From Eledone cirrhosa (lineage: Eukaryota), in contig OZ024742.1 in the NCBI GenBank assembly GCA_964016885.1, positions 104,036,001 through 104,100,000 on the forward strand: 64,000 nt of DNA, in the 5' to 3' direction. Below the pieces are notes generated by a model. That model did no database searches and was not told the DNA's origin. It saw nothing but the letters and a program-made list of their open reading frames with translations. Shown here piece after piece: positions 47,988-59,572 of the stretch. The translations under genes were made by a program, and so were the position numbers. Numbering within the stretch: the stretch's first letter is position 1; each line of letters opens with the position of its first letter.

Positions 47988-50066
47988 ATGGCTACGAAAA
48001 AGAAATTTCATACGTCACTCCCACTCATTCCGTCTTCTTCTTCCTCAATCATCACTACAGCAGAGAGAAGATTGTCTCTCTCCCTCCCTTCTTTAAATGT
48101 GTCTCTCTCCCTCCCTTCTATTTCGCAAGTGACGAAAGAAAAGAAAAGTCTCGTGCAAAGCGTGCAAGGTTTCTCCACGACGACAGCGACGAAACAGGTG
48201 TGCGGGAAATACGAAAACCCAGTTCATTCGTCTGACGTCAGGAATAATAGCAGTAGCAGCCGTAATAACAACAGCAACAGTGACAATGAAAACAACAGTA
48301 GCAGCCGCAACAGCATCACCAGCAGCATAAACAACAACAGCATTAGCAGCAGCAACACCAACAACAACCACAGCAACAGCGGCGGAGGCAGTAGTCGTAG
48401 TACCTGCAGCAACAACAAAAGTACCAGCAGCTCTGACGACAACAACAACAGCAGAGAAAAACCAATCTCATTTGCAGGTATTGCGAAAAACTTGGAAACA
48501 ATCCTCATAACAAATGAGGAATTAGAGGAAGCGAAGAAGATGGTGACAAAGAACGGACACCGAGCAATCTGCAAGGCAGCGGAAACATTTTTCGAAACCC
48601 AAGAGCACTGTACGGTCACGTACCGTACAGTAAGTACAAAATCCCGTAGGGTGGAAAGAGCCACAGAGGCCCAAATACAAAAAGCCTTGGGGTCTGTGTG
48701 GCAGCGGAAAACGCACATCACCCGAGGCAAAAAAAAATATGCCACCGTAGACGTACTTTTTGCCACACCCCAGGAGGCAAAGGCCCAATCAGTAGTGACC
48801 CTAAGGAGCGAGGAAATGGTGTTGGTGCCCTCCTACTGCGGGAAAAAAATTGTGAGGGTCAAACTGACCCACGTCCCCCCCGGAATGACCCCTTCTTGGC
48901 TGGCCGCGTCTGTCCTCGTCGGAATCGAGGACAAAACAACTGTACTGCAAGTACAGAAAAAAGTAAGAGAAGATTGGGTCGGCTCCTCCATTGAGATGCT
49001 AATCCAAACCAACCAGGAGTGCATCGAAGCTATCCCGGATGTGATAGACTTCGATAACGGCACTCAACTGCCCATAAGTGTTGAGGGCAAACGCCCGAAA
49101 TGCTTTCGCTGTGGATCGAAGACTCACCTCAGGGCCTTCTGCAACGAGAAGACCCTGAGAAAGGAGAAAACCCCCCTCCTTCCGAATCCGGCTCCACGGC
49201 TACCAGCAACAGGACAAGCGGCAACCAGGAACGATAGGTCCGTGGCACCCATACCCACGCCACGGAAATCAAAAACAGCAGCAGCAGTGGAAATATTAAC
49301 AACAACAACAGCAATACCAAATGCAGCTGCAACAGAGACTCCAGTGCAAACATCACCAACAACAACAAGTGAAAGAGTGGAGCTGGTACCCCTCCCCGAC
49401 CTCACAGAATCAGACATGGAGTGTGAGGTGGGAGAGGGATGGCAAAAGGTCGCAAGAAGGCACAAACGCAGAAGCAGCGCATCGTCGCCTTTGAAAAGGG
49501 AGGAAAGAAATGAGAAAAGGGTAAAGTCTACTGCAAAGAGACCCACAGCAGCAACACCACCAACACCATCACCACCCACACCAGCACCACCATCACCACC
49601 GCCAACAACACCTTCAACACCACCACCACAAGCACCAACATCGCAAACACAACAACAAAACACACACACCCAGCAACAACGACAAGAAAATAGCAGAACC
49701 ACACCCCACCCCCAGAAAAACAAATGCACGGCAATAAACACACACAACAAGAAACTAATGACTTACATAATTGAACACACAGACATTTCACAACAGGACT
49801 ACATAATACCAGCACCAATCAAAACGCCAACTAACATAAGACTGCTAAAAATAGCTCAGAAACAATACACAAACATTAAAACGAAATTCCCCAACGCAGT
49901 TGGTGATTTCAGGGACCTAGGAGGAACCATCAATCGAAGAGTATATTCAGACATTCTCTTAGAAGAGCCGACGACCAGCCGAAGGGACGATTCAACGGTC
50001 CCTTCACCAGACGATCAAGTGAAAAGGGATGTAAAAACCATCCCTCCTCTACCAAAAGTACGGTAA
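47988..50066 (+). CDS. ORF1 nucleic-acid-binding protein (692 aa)
   Basis: CFRCGSKTHLRAFC = CX2CX4HX4C knuckle; Ser/Asn-rich and Pro/Thr-rich low-complexity regions. Confidence 0.9.
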   Translation: MATKKKFHTSLPLIPSSSSSIITTAERRLSLSLPSLNVSLSLPSISQVTKEKKSLVQSVQGFSTTTATKQVCGKYENPVHSSDVRNNSSSSRNNNSNSDNENNSSSRNSITSSINNNSISSSNTNNNHSNSGGGSSRSTCSNNKSTSSSDDNNNSREKPISFAGIAKNLETILITNEELEEAKKMVTKNGHRAICKAAETFFETQEHCTVTYRTVSTKSRRVERATEAQIQKALGSVWQRKTHITRGKKKYATVDVLFATPQEAKAQSVVTLRSEEMVLVPSYCGKKIVRVKLTHVPPGMTPSWLAASVLVGIEDKTTVLQVQKKVREDWVGSSIEMLIQTNQECIEAIPDVIDFDNGTQLPISVEGKRPKCFRCGSKTHLRAFCNEKTLRKEKTPLLPNPAPRLPATGQAATRNDRSVAPIPTPRKSKTAAAVEILTTTTAIPNAAATETPVQTSPTTTSERVELVPLPDLTESDMECEVGEGWQKVARRHKRRSSASSPLKREERNEKRVKSTAKRPTAATPPTPSPPTPAPPSPPPTTPSTPPPQAPTSQTQQQNTHTQQQRQENSRTTPHPQKNKCTAINTHNKKLMTYIIEHTDISQQDYIIPAPIKTPTNIRLLKIAQKQYTNIKTKFPNAVGDFRDLGGTINRRVYSDILLEEPTTSRRDDSTVPSPDDQVKRDVKTIPPLPKVR

Positions 50067-50101
50067 GTGGTCTTTCCCATCTTTTCCACTCTATTTTAAA
50101 C

Positions 50102-53100
50102 ATGACCTCACTCAGAATAGGCAGCATAAATGCGCGTGGCTTGGGGTCGTCATGGAAGCAGGGTCACCTGCTCAACGACCTCAGGTCACTAAACATAGAT
50201 GTAGTGGCCATCAGCGAGACCAGAATCTCCGAAGCACGGGCCTTCGCACCGATCTTCGGCGGCTACGATGTGTACGCATCTCCCAGCCGTCCTGGATCGG
50301 GTGGAGGAGTTGCTGTGCTTTTTCGGAGAGGTTTGGATCTCGCCATACGGGCCATCTTCCTGGACCCAGAGGGTAAGATGGTGGTGCTGGACGTGACCAG
50401 CGGAGACGGGCAAGCTTTCAGGCTAGTGGCCGTCTATGCCCCGACAGGAGCAGGGCGGCCTGATTTCTTCCGGCGTTTGGAGACCTTTCTTGGAACGTCC
50501 CGCTCTTTAGTGTTAGTGGGCGACTGGAACGGGATCTTAGATGCACGCTGGGACTGTGTGGGATTAGCGGATAGGGGTGGAGGGTGCAAGAGCCTCACCA
50601 ACCTGCTCAGGCGTTTTAAACTGTCTGACAGGTACCGATTGGATTTCCCGAATGTGCCAATGTGGACTTGGACAAACCGCATAGGGTCATCCAGATCATA
50701 TCTAGATAGAGTATTTTGTAGGGAAATAGATAGGTCTAGCATAGGCTGTCCACAATTCAAGATAGTCAGCTACACGGACCACAAATTCGTGACCTGTGTG
50801 CTTGACTTAGATAGGCTTCATAGACGAGGACCCGGCTACTGGAAGCTAAACGCGTCCTTACCAGCGCGCAAGGCCTACAGAGACCGGATTAGCGAACTAG
50901 TTAAGCGGGCGTTGACGGGGGCCATCGTCAACAACAAGTGGTGGTTTGCTCTGAAAAGAGCGATTAGAATAGAATCGATTAGGTTTAGTAAGGCTTTAGC
51001 AATAGAGAAAAATAGAGCAGAGGGAGAACTAGTTAGAAAATTAGACGAGGCGCTTAGCAAAGGCATTGCGACCGACATGCTTGCGGCGAAATTGGCCCTT
51101 GACCAATTCTTCAATGCAAAGCACGAAGGCTGCGTTGTCAGAGCTAGGGTGCGTGCTCTCAGACACGAGGGGACGAAAGCCGTTCAATGGGCCCGAGTGG
51201 CGGAGGCGCGTCGTGGCAACAAAGCCACGATCCGGTCTTTGGTGGACCACGACGGGCGCATGCTACTCGATCCCGGGCAAATGTGTGAAGCTTTTCAGCA
51301 ACACTTCGCTCAGCTGTTCGGGGGCAGCGGGGGGCCGGGTAGAGGGATGGACTTTAGTGTCTACCTCGACGGACTGCCGCGGCTCTCGGCCACTGAGGCG
51401 AAGTGTTGCGAAAAGCCGATAACAGCCGCTGAAGTAAGGGAGGCAATGACTGGCTGCACAAGGGGTAAATCGCCTGGTTTGGATGGTCTGCCCTATGAAC
51501 TTTACGTACAGATGCCAGACTTGTTCGGAGGCCTCTTGGCGGACGTCTACTGCAACTGGCAACAGAACGGGAGAATTCCCAGTTCTGTGAGCCGAGGAGC
51601 GGTGGCACTGCTGAGAAAGGATCCGAACAAGGGGGATAACATAGAAAATTTCCGGCCCATAACTCTGCTAAACACAGAGTTTAAGATTTTGGCCAAGGTG
51701 CTAGCAAAGAGGTTGGCGCTTGTCGTTGGTGGTCTGGTGGGAGAGGCGCAGACATGCGCCATTCCCGACAGATCCATCCACGACTACCTCCACCTCATGC
51801 GATACATCGTAGAGAGGGTAGCTAGGGAACCTGGCACGGGTGGGTCCTTGATCAATTTAGATCAGTCGAAAGCTTTCGATAGGGTCGACCATCGTTACCT
51901 AGCGGCAGCCCTGAGGGCGGCTGGCTTTGGGCCCGTCTTCAGAGGCTGGATCGCTGCCATGCACAGCGACATCTGCTCTGTGGTGAGAGTGAACGGTCAC
52001 CTGTCGGAACCGTTCAACATCATGCGCTCGGTCCGCCAAGGATGTCCCCTCTCGTCCCTCTTGTACGTATTGACTCTCGAGCCATTACTGCACAAACTGG
52101 AGACGTTGAGGGGAGTCCCGCGCGAACTAGGATGCGGAAGATCCGTGTCAGCATATGCGGACGATGTCACCGTAGTGGTGTCGAACGCCAAACACATCGA
52201 GGCGATCGGCACTACACTAAGAGAATACGAAGCAGTGACAGGAGCAATGATCAACCAGGAAAAGTCAGTGGGCCTACAGCTCGGCACCTGGAGAGGCAGG
52301 TCCATGCCGTCCAACAGCGTCGTCGGACGCTGGACGGACGGACCGGTTAAATTGCTAGGGGTCTGGTTCGGTCCGGACCTCCAGACGGACAAAAACTGGG
52401 ACGAGGTGACGAGCAGGGTGGCTTCTCTCACCCAGAAATGGGCGGAGAGGAAGCTACCCCTGAAAGGTCGAGCGGAGGTGGCTAACGCGTACATCGCGTC
52501 TGTCATCTGCTACCGCCTGACCGTCGTACCTTGTCCTAAGCCTAGCCTGACTGCGCTGGAGCGTTTGCTCTTTCGCTTTTTGTGGAAGGGACGCGCTCCG
52601 ATGGTCAGGCGGTCCATATGTTGTCAACACCCGCTACGTGGAGGGCTGGGCATGCCGTGGCTGATGATGCGCAGGCACGCGCTCAGGCTACGACATCTCC
52701 ACCTCTTCCTCGACGGTGATCAGGTGTGGTCGCCGTTTGCTAGGCGCGTGTTTCCCCAGCTCGTTTCCTTGACGGAGCTGCAGTCCTGGGTCAAGCGAAG
52801 ACCGAGAGGGAGCGCCTGGAGACTGGAATGTCTTCAGGCGCTCACAGCCCTCGACCAATCGGGCAATGTGATCGGTGGAAACTCCACCTCGGCGTTCTAT
52901 AGAGGATTAGTGGAGGGGAAGAGCGACGACGTACTTGGGGAAACTCTAGGCGTCGACGAAAATCAACTAGCCAATCTCTTCGGAAGAACTTTCGGGCCAG
53001 GGCCTATGGACAACTTCCAGAAATCTCTGGCCTGGCAGTGCTACCGAGGAGCCTTGCCAGTTCGGGATAAACTCTACAGGCATGGAGGTGCCGTCAGCCG

Positions 53101-53521
53101 GGCATGTCCGAGATGCGCGCAGGGCGACGAAACCGTCCTGCACGCACTCGTCCAGTGTCCGAAAATTGCTGACTTGTGGGTTTATGTCGAACACCTGCTG
53201 TCGCGTTTAGGACGGATCCAGCTATCATCTGAGTCCATCGTGATAATTGCCCCGCCCTCCTCCTTTAGCCGGGAAGGGCAGGCAGTTTTTATCTGTCTGG
53301 TGGCCATGGCGAAAGATATAGTATGGTGGACACGTTTGAAAGGGCTGAAGACGAGCACTTACCTCTTCGGTGATGCTCTGATTGACTTTTTCAAATTTCA
53401 TTTGAAAAGGAAAATCAGAGTAGAGAGGGAAGTGCTCTCTTCCCAGCATTTTGTTGAAAGATGGGTGAGAGAAGCAAGAATGGCCCGAGTGAATGGGCCG
53501 ACTCTGAGTATATATCTGTAA
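50102..53521 (+). CDS. ORF2 APE-RT-ZnF (1139 aa)
   Basis: Same motifs as copy 1. Confidence 0.96.
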   Translation: MTSLRIGSINARGLGSSWKQGHLLNDLRSLNIDVVAISETRISEARAFAPIFGGYDVYASPSRPGSGGGVAVLFRRGLDLAIRAIFLDPEGKMVVLDVTSGDGQAFRLVAVYAPTGAGRPDFFRRLETFLGTSRSLVLVGDWNGILDARWDCVGLADRGGGCKSLTNLLRRFKLSDRYRLDFPNVPMWTWTNRIGSSRSYLDRVFCREIDRSSIGCPQFKIVSYTDHKFVTCVLDLDRLHRRGPGYWKLNASLPARKAYRDRISELVKRALTGAIVNNKWWFALKRAIRIESIRFSKALAIEKNRAEGELVRKLDEALSKGIATDMLAAKLALDQFFNAKHEGCVVRARVRALRHEGTKAVQWARVAEARRGNKATIRSLVDHDGRMLLDPGQMCEAFQQHFAQLFGGSGGPGRGMDFSVYLDGLPRLSATEAKCCEKPITAAEVREAMTGCTRGKSPGLDGLPYELYVQMPDLFGGLLADVYCNWQQNGRIPSSVSRGAVALLRKDPNKGDNIENFRPITLLNTEFKILAKVLAKRLALVVGGLVGEAQTCAIPDRSIHDYLHLMRYIVERVAREPGTGGSLINLDQSKAFDRVDHRYLAAALRAAGFGPVFRGWIAAMHSDICSVVRVNGHLSEPFNIMRSVRQGCPLSSLLYVLTLEPLLHKLETLRGVPRELGCGRSVSAYADDVTVVVSNAKHIEAIGTTLREYEAVTGAMINQEKSVGLQLGTWRGRSMPSNSVVGRWTDGPVKLLGVWFGPDLQTDKNWDEVTSRVASLTQKWAERKLPLKGRAEVANAYIASVICYRLTVVPCPKPSLTALERLLFRFLWKGRAPMVRRSICCQHPLRGGLGMPWLMMRRHALRLRHLHLFLDGDQVWSPFARRVFPQLVSLTELQSWVKRRPRGSAWRLECLQALTALDQSGNVIGGNSTSAFYRGLVEGKSDDVLGETLGVDENQLANLFGRTFGPGPMDNFQKSLAWQCYRGALPVRDKLYRHGGAVSRACPRCAQGDETVLHALVQCPKIADLWVYVEHLLSRLGRIQLSSESIVIIAPPSSFSREGQAVFICLVAMAKDIVWWTRLKGLKTSTYLFGDALIDFFKFHLKRKIRVEREVLSSQHFVERWVREARMARVNGPTLSIYL

Positions 53522-54017
53522 ACTAAAGGTGGAAAACTGGGAGAGGGCACTTGCCTTGGTGGTCAGGGTCATTGTGGCTTTTTACTGGGCTTTCTCCACA
53601 AATGTCCCTCCGAAGTCTCCCCCCTATTGGGGAATGTTTCATTGTTATTTTCATTGTTATTTTTGTTACATCCTCTGTTTTTGTTTTTTTACACGCAGAA
53701 ATGCCCATTTGTACCGTCCTGCATTGTCCTGCACTGTCCTTAATGTCTACTTTATGTAAACCCTTGTGGTTAATAAAGAAATCATTATTATTATTATTAT
53801 TGAATGCCATGGTTGACGGAGGCTCGGCTCTGTAAGGTATAGTAATTTTTAACCGTTAAAACAATTGTAAATTGTTTAAAACTTGAACCAAATTGTTGAT
53901 AAAGACACCCTCCTCCTCGTGAGAGGGGTCTTTCTGTCCGTTATTTGGCCCTTCGGGGTTAAATAACCAGTTATTGGGGTTTTGTACCCAAAATTTCATT
54001 TTAAACAAAAAAACAAC

Positions 54018-56117
54018 ATGGCTACGAAAAAGAAATTTCATACGTCACTCCCACTCATTCCGTCTTCTTCTTCCTCAATCATCACTACAGCAGAGAGAAG
54101 ATTGTCTCTCTCCCTCCCTTCTTTAAATGTGTCTCTCTCCCTCCCTTCTCTTTCGCAAGCGACGAAAGAAAAGAAAAGTCTCGTGCAAAGCGTGCAAGGT
54201 TTCTCCACGACGACGACGACAGCGACGAAACAGGTGTGCGGGAAATACGAAAACCCAGTTCATTCGTCTGACGTCAGGAATAATAGCAGTAGCAGCCGTA
54301 ATAACAACAGCAACAGTGACAATGAAAACAACAGTAGCAGCCGCAACAGCATCACCAGCAGCATAAACAACAACAGCATTAGCAGCAGCAACACCAACAA
54401 CAACAACAGCAACAGCGGCGTCGGCAGTAGTCGTAGTACCTGCAGCAACAACAAAAGTACCAGCAGCTCTGACGACAACAACAACAGCAGAGAAAAACCA
54501 ATCTCATTTGCAGGTATTGCGAAAAACTTGGAAACAATCCTCATAACAAATGAGGAATTAGAGGAAGCGAAGAAGATGGTGACAAAGAACGGACACCGAG
54601 CAATCTGCAAGGCAGCGGAAACATTTTTCAAAACCCAAGAGCACTGTACGGTCACGTACCGTACAGTAAGTACAAAATCCCGTAGGGTGGAAAGAGCCAC
54701 AGAGGCCCAAATACAAAAAGCCTTGGGGTCTGTGTGGCAGCGGAAAACGCACATCACCCGAGGCAAAAAAAAATATGCCACCGTAGACGTACTTTTTGCC
54801 ACACCCCAGGAGGCAAAGGCCCAATCAGTAGTGACCCTAAGGAGCGAGGAAATGGTGTTGGTGCCCTCCTACTGCGGGAAAAAAATTGTGAGGGTCAAAC
54901 TGACCCACGTCCCCCCCGGAATGACCCCTTCTTGGCTGGCCGCGTCTGTCCTAATCGGAATCGAGGACAAAACAACTGTACTGCAAGTACAGAAAAAAGT
55001 AAGAGAAGACTGGGTCGGCTCCTCCATTGAGATGCTAATCCAAACCAACCAGGAGTGCATCGAAGCTATCCCGGATGTGATAGACTTCGATAACGGCACT
55101 CAACTGCCCATAAGTGTTGAGGGCAAACGCCCGAAATGCTTTCGCTGTGGATCGAAGACTCACCTCAGGGCCTTCTGCAACGAGAAGACCCTGAGAAAGG
55201 AGAAAACCCCCCTCCTTCCGAATCCGGCTCCACGGCTACCAGCAACAGGACAAGCGGCAACCAGGAACGATAGGTCCGTGGCACCCATACCCACGCCACG
55301 GAAATCAAAAACAGCAGCAGCAGTGGAAATATTAACAACAACAACAGCAATACCAAATGCAGCTGCAACAGAGACTCCAGTGCAAACATCACCAACAACA
55401 ACAAGTGAAAGAGTGGAGCTGGTACCCCTCCCCGACCTCACAGAATCAGACATGGAGTGTGAGGTGGGAGAGGGATGGCAAAAGGTCGCAAGAAGGCACA
55501 AACGCAGAAGCAGCGCATCGTCGCCTTTGAAAAGGGAGGAAAGAAATGAGAAAAGGGTAAAGTCTACTGCAAAGAGACCCACAGCAGCAACAACACCAAC
55601 ACCATCACCACCCACACTAGCACCACCATCACCACCGGCGACAACCCCACCGCCAACAACACCTTCAACACCACCACCACAAGCACCAACATCGCAAACA
55701 CAACAACAAAACACACACACCCAGCAACAACGACAAGAAAATAGCAGAACCACACCCCACCCCCAGAAAAACAAATGCACGGCAATAAATACACACAACA
55801 AGAAACTAATGACTTACATAATTGAACACACAGACATTTCACAACAGGACTACATAATAACAGCACCAATCAAAACGCCAACTAACATAAGACTGCTAAA
55901 AATAGCACAGAAACAATACACAAACATTAAAACGAAATTCCCCAACGCAGTTGGTGATTTCAGGGACCTAGGAGGAACCATCAATCGAAGAGTATACTCA
56001 GACATTCTCTTAGAAGAGCCGACGACCAGCCGAAGGGACGATTCAACGGTCCCTTCACCAGACGATCAAGTGAAAAGGGATGTAAAAACCATCCCTCCTC
56101 TACCAAAAGTACGGTAA
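54018..56117 (+). CDS. ORF1 nucleic-acid-binding protein
   Basis: ATG GCT ACG start homologous to copy 2; CCHC knuckle. Confidence 0.9.
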   Translation: MATKKKFHTSLPLIPSSSSSIITTAERRLSLSLPSLNVSLSLPSLSQATKEKKSLVQSVQGFSTTTTTATKQVCGKYENPVHSSDVRNNSSSSRNNNSNSDNENNSSSRNSITSSINNNSISSSNTNNNNSNSGVGSSRSTCSNNKSTSSSDDNNNSREKPISFAGIAKNLETILITNEELEEAKKMVTKNGHRAICKAAETFFKTQEHCTVTYRTVSTKSRRVERATEAQIQKALGSVWQRKTHITRGKKKYATVDVLFATPQEAKAQSVVTLRSEEMVLVPSYCGKKIVRVKLTHVPPGMTPSWLAASVLIGIEDKTTVLQVQKKVREDWVGSSIEMLIQTNQECIEAIPDVIDFDNGTQLPISVEGKRPKCFRCGSKTHLRAFCNEKTLRKEKTPLLPNPAPRLPATGQAATRNDRSVAPIPTPRKSKTAAAVEILTTTTAIPNAAATETPVQTSPTTTSERVELVPLPDLTESDMECEVGEGWQKVARRHKRRSSASSPLKREERNEKRVKSTAKRPTAATTPTPSPPTLAPPSPPATTPPPTTPSTPPPQAPTSQTQQQNTHTQQQRQENSRTTPHPQKNKCTAINTHNKKLMTYIIEHTDISQQDYIITAPIKTPTNIRLLKIAQKQYTNIKTKFPNAVGDFRDLGGTINRRVYSDILLEEPTTSRRDDSTVPSPDDQVKRDVKTIPPLPKVR

Positions 56118-56152
56118 GTGGTCTTTCCCATCTTTTCCACTCTATTTTAAAC

Positions 56153-59100
56153 ATGACCTCACTCAGAATAGGCAGCATAAATGCGCGTGGCTTGGGGTCG
56201 TCATGGAAGCAGGGTCACCTGCTCAACGACCTCAGGTCACTAAACATAGATGTAGTGGCCATCAGCGAGACCAGAATCTCCGAAGCACGGGCCTTCGTAC
56301 CGATCTTCGGCGGCTACGATGTGTACGCATCTCCCAGCCGTCCTGGATCGGGTGGAGGAGTTGCTGTGCTTTTTCGGAGAGGTTTGGATCTCGCCATACG
56401 GGCCATCTTCCTGGACCCAGAGGGTAAGCTGGTGGTGCTGGACGTGACCAGCGGAGACGGGCAAGCTTTCAGGCTAGTGGCCGTCTATGCCCCGACAGGA
56501 GCAGGGCGGCCTGATTTCTTCCGGCGTCTGGAGACCTTTCTTGGAACGTCGCGCTCTTTAGTGTTAGTGGGCGACTGGAACGGGATCTTAGATGCACGCT
56601 GGGACTGTGTGGGATTAGCGGATAGGGGTGGAGGGTGCAAGAGCCTCACCAACCTGCTCAGGCGTTTTGAACTGTCTGACAGGTACCGATTGGATTTCCC
56701 GAATGTGCCAATGTGGACTTGGACAAACCGCATAGGGTCATCCAGATCATATCTAGATAGAGTATTTTGTAGGGAAATAGATAGGTCTAGCATAGGCTGT
56801 CCACAATTCAAGATAGTCAGCTACACGGACCACAAATTCGTGATCTGTGTGCTTGACTTAGATAGGCTTCATAGACGAGGACCCGGCTACTGGAAGCTAA
56901 ACGCGTCCTTACCAGCGCGCAAGGCCTACAGAGACCGGATTAGCGAACTAGTTAAGCGGGCGTTGACGGGGGCCATCGTCAACAACAAGTGGTGGTTTGC
57001 TCTGAAAAGAGCGATTAGAATAGAATCGATTAGGTTTAGTAAGGCTTTAGCAATAGAGAAAAATAGAGCAGAGGGAGAACTAGTTAGAAAATTAGACGAG
57101 GCGCTTAGCAAAGGCATTGCGACCGACGTGCTTGCGGCGAAATTGGCCCTTGACCAATTCTTCAATGCAAAGCACGAAGGCTGCGTTGTCAGAGCTAGGG
57201 TGCGTGCTCTCAGACACGAGGGGACGAAAGCCGTTCAATGGGCCCGAGTGGCGGAGGCGCGTCGTGGCAACAAAGCCACGATCCGGTCTTTGGTGGACCA
57301 CGACGGGCGCATGCTACTCGATCCCGGGCAAATGTGTGAAGCTTTTCAGCGACACTTCGCTCAGCTGTTCGGGGGCAGCGGGGGGCCGGGTAGAGGGATG
57401 GACTTTAGTGTCTACCTCGACGGACTGCCGCGGCTCTCGGCCACTGAGGCGAAGTGTTGCGAAAAGCCGATAACAGCCGCTGAAGTACGGGAGGCAATGA
57501 CTGGCTGCACAAGGGGTAAATCGCCTGGTTTGGATGGTCTGCCCTATGAACTTTACGTACAGATGCCAGACTTGTTCGGAGGCCTCTTGGCGGACGTCTA
57601 CTGCAACTGGCAACAGAACGGGAGAATTCCCAGTTCTGTGAGCCGAGGAGCGGTGGCACTGCTGAGAAAGGATCCGAACAAGGGGGATAACATAGACAAT
57701 TTCCGGCCCATAACTCTGCTAAACACAGAGTTTAAGATTTTGGCCAACGTGCTAGCAAAGAGGTTGGCGCTTGTCGTTGGTGGTCTGGTGGGAGAGGCGC
57801 AGACATGCGCCATTCCCGACAGATCCATCCACGACAACCTCCACCTCATGCGATACATCGTAGAGAGGGTAGCTAGGGAACCTGGCACGGGTGGGTCCTT
57901 GATCAATTTAGATCAGTCGAAAGCTTTCGATAGGGTCGACCATCGTTACCTAGCGGCAGTCCTGAGGGCGGCTGGCTTTGGGCCCGTCTTCAGAGGCTGG
58001 ATCGCTGCCATGCACAGCGACATCTGCTCTGTGGTGAGAGTGAACGGTCACCTGTCGGAACCGTTCAACATCATGCGCTCGGTCCGCCAAGGATGTCCCC
58101 TCTCGTCCCTCTTGTACGTATTGACTCTCGAGCCATTACTGCACAAACTGGAGACGTTGAGGGGAGTCCCGCGCGAACTAGGATGCGGAAGATCCGTGTC
58201 AGCATATGCGGACGATGTCACCGTAGTGGTGTCGAACGCCAAACACATCGAGGCGATCGGCACTACACTAAGAGAATACGAAGCGGTGACAGGAGCAATG
58301 ATCAACCAGGAAAAGTCAGTGGGCCTGCAGCTCGGCACCTGGAGAGGCAGGTCCATGCCGTCCAACAGCGTCGTCGGGCGCTGGACGGACGGACCGGTTA
58401 AATTGCTAGGGGTCTGGTTCGGTCCGGACCTCCAGACGGACAAAAACTGGGACGAGGTGACGAGCAGGGTGGCTTCTCTCACCCAGAAATGGGCGGAGAG
58501 GAAGCTATCCCTGAAAGGTCGAGCGGAGGTGGCTAACGCGTACATCGCGTCTGTCATCTGCTACCGCCTAACCGTCGTACCTTGTCCTAAGCCTCGCCTG
58601 ACTGCGCTGGAGCGTTTGCTCTTTCGCTTTTTGTGGAAGGGACGTGCTCCGATGGTCAGGCGGTCCATCTGTTGTCAACACCCGCTACGTGGAGGGCTGG
58701 GCATGCCGTGGCTGATGATGCGCAGGCACGCGCTCAGGCTACGACATCTCCACCTCTTCCTCGACGGTGATCAGGTGTGGTCGCCGTTTGCTAGACGCGT
58801 TTTTCCCCAGCTCGTTTCCTTGACGGAGCTGCAGTCCTGGGTCAAGCGAAGACCGAGAGGGAGCGCCTGGAGACTGGAATGTCTTCAGGCGCTCACAGCC
58901 CTCGACCAATCGGGCAATGTGATCGGTGGAAACTCCACCTCGGCGTTCTATAGAGGATTAGTGGAGGGGAAGAGCGACGACGTACTTGGGGAAACTCTAG
59001 GCGTCGACGAAAATCAACTAGCCAATCTCTTCGGAAGAACTTTCGGGCCAGGGCCTATGGACAACTTCCAGAAATCTCTGGCCTGGCAGTGCTACCGAGG

Positions 59101-59572
59101 AGCCTTGCCAGTTCGGGATAAACTCTACAGGCATGGAGGTGCCGTCAGCCGGGCATGTCCGAGATGCGCGCAGGGCGACGAAACCGTCCTGCACGCACTC
59201 GTCCAGTGTCCGAAAATTGCTGACTTGTGGGTTTATGTCGAACACCTGCTGTCGCGTTTAGGACGGATCCAGCTATCATCTGAGTCCATCGTGAGGATTG
59301 CCCCGCCCTCCTCCTTTAGCCGGGAAGGGCAGGCAGTTTTTATCTGTCTGGTGGCCATGGCGAAAGAGATAGTATGGTGGACACGTTTGAAAGGGCTGAA
59401 GACGAGCACTTACCTCTTCGGTGATGCTCTGATTGACTTTTTCAAATTTCATTTGAAAAGGAAAATCAGAGTAGAGAGGGAAGTGCTCTCTTCCCAGCAT
59501 TTTGTTGAAAGATGGGTGAGAGAAGCAAGAATGGCCCGAGTGAATGGGCCGACTCTGAGTATATATCTGTAA
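56153..59572 (+). CDS. ORF2 APE-RT-ZnF (1139 aa)
   Basis: Same motifs as copy 1. Confidence 0.96.
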   Translation: MTSLRIGSINARGLGSSWKQGHLLNDLRSLNIDVVAISETRISEARAFVPIFGGYDVYASPSRPGSGGGVAVLFRRGLDLAIRAIFLDPEGKLVVLDVTSGDGQAFRLVAVYAPTGAGRPDFFRRLETFLGTSRSLVLVGDWNGILDARWDCVGLADRGGGCKSLTNLLRRFELSDRYRLDFPNVPMWTWTNRIGSSRSYLDRVFCREIDRSSIGCPQFKIVSYTDHKFVICVLDLDRLHRRGPGYWKLNASLPARKAYRDRISELVKRALTGAIVNNKWWFALKRAIRIESIRFSKALAIEKNRAEGELVRKLDEALSKGIATDVLAAKLALDQFFNAKHEGCVVRARVRALRHEGTKAVQWARVAEARRGNKATIRSLVDHDGRMLLDPGQMCEAFQRHFAQLFGGSGGPGRGMDFSVYLDGLPRLSATEAKCCEKPITAAEVREAMTGCTRGKSPGLDGLPYELYVQMPDLFGGLLADVYCNWQQNGRIPSSVSRGAVALLRKDPNKGDNIDNFRPITLLNTEFKILANVLAKRLALVVGGLVGEAQTCAIPDRSIHDNLHLMRYIVERVAREPGTGGSLINLDQSKAFDRVDHRYLAAVLRAAGFGPVFRGWIAAMHSDICSVVRVNGHLSEPFNIMRSVRQGCPLSSLLYVLTLEPLLHKLETLRGVPRELGCGRSVSAYADDVTVVVSNAKHIEAIGTTLREYEAVTGAMINQEKSVGLQLGTWRGRSMPSNSVVGRWTDGPVKLLGVWFGPDLQTDKNWDEVTSRVASLTQKWAERKLSLKGRAEVANAYIASVICYRLTVVPCPKPRLTALERLLFRFLWKGRAPMVRRSICCQHPLRGGLGMPWLMMRRHALRLRHLHLFLDGDQVWSPFARRVFPQLVSLTELQSWVKRRPRGSAWRLECLQALTALDQSGNVIGGNSTSAFYRGLVEGKSDDVLGETLGVDENQLANLFGRTFGPGPMDNFQKSLAWQCYRGALPVRDKLYRHGGAVSRACPRCAQGDETVLHALVQCPKIADLWVYVEHLLSRLGRIQLSSESIVRIAPPSSFSREGQAVFICLVAMAKEIVWWTRLKGLKTSTYLFGDALIDFFKFHLKRKIRVEREVLSSQHFVERWVREARMARVNGPTLSIYL

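Larger units (their letters stand above)
47774..53801 (+). mobile_element. Full-length Tx1-like LINE, array copy 2 (both ORFs intact)
   Basis: Same 5' start directly after the (TTA)n tail of copy 1. Confidence 0.96.
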
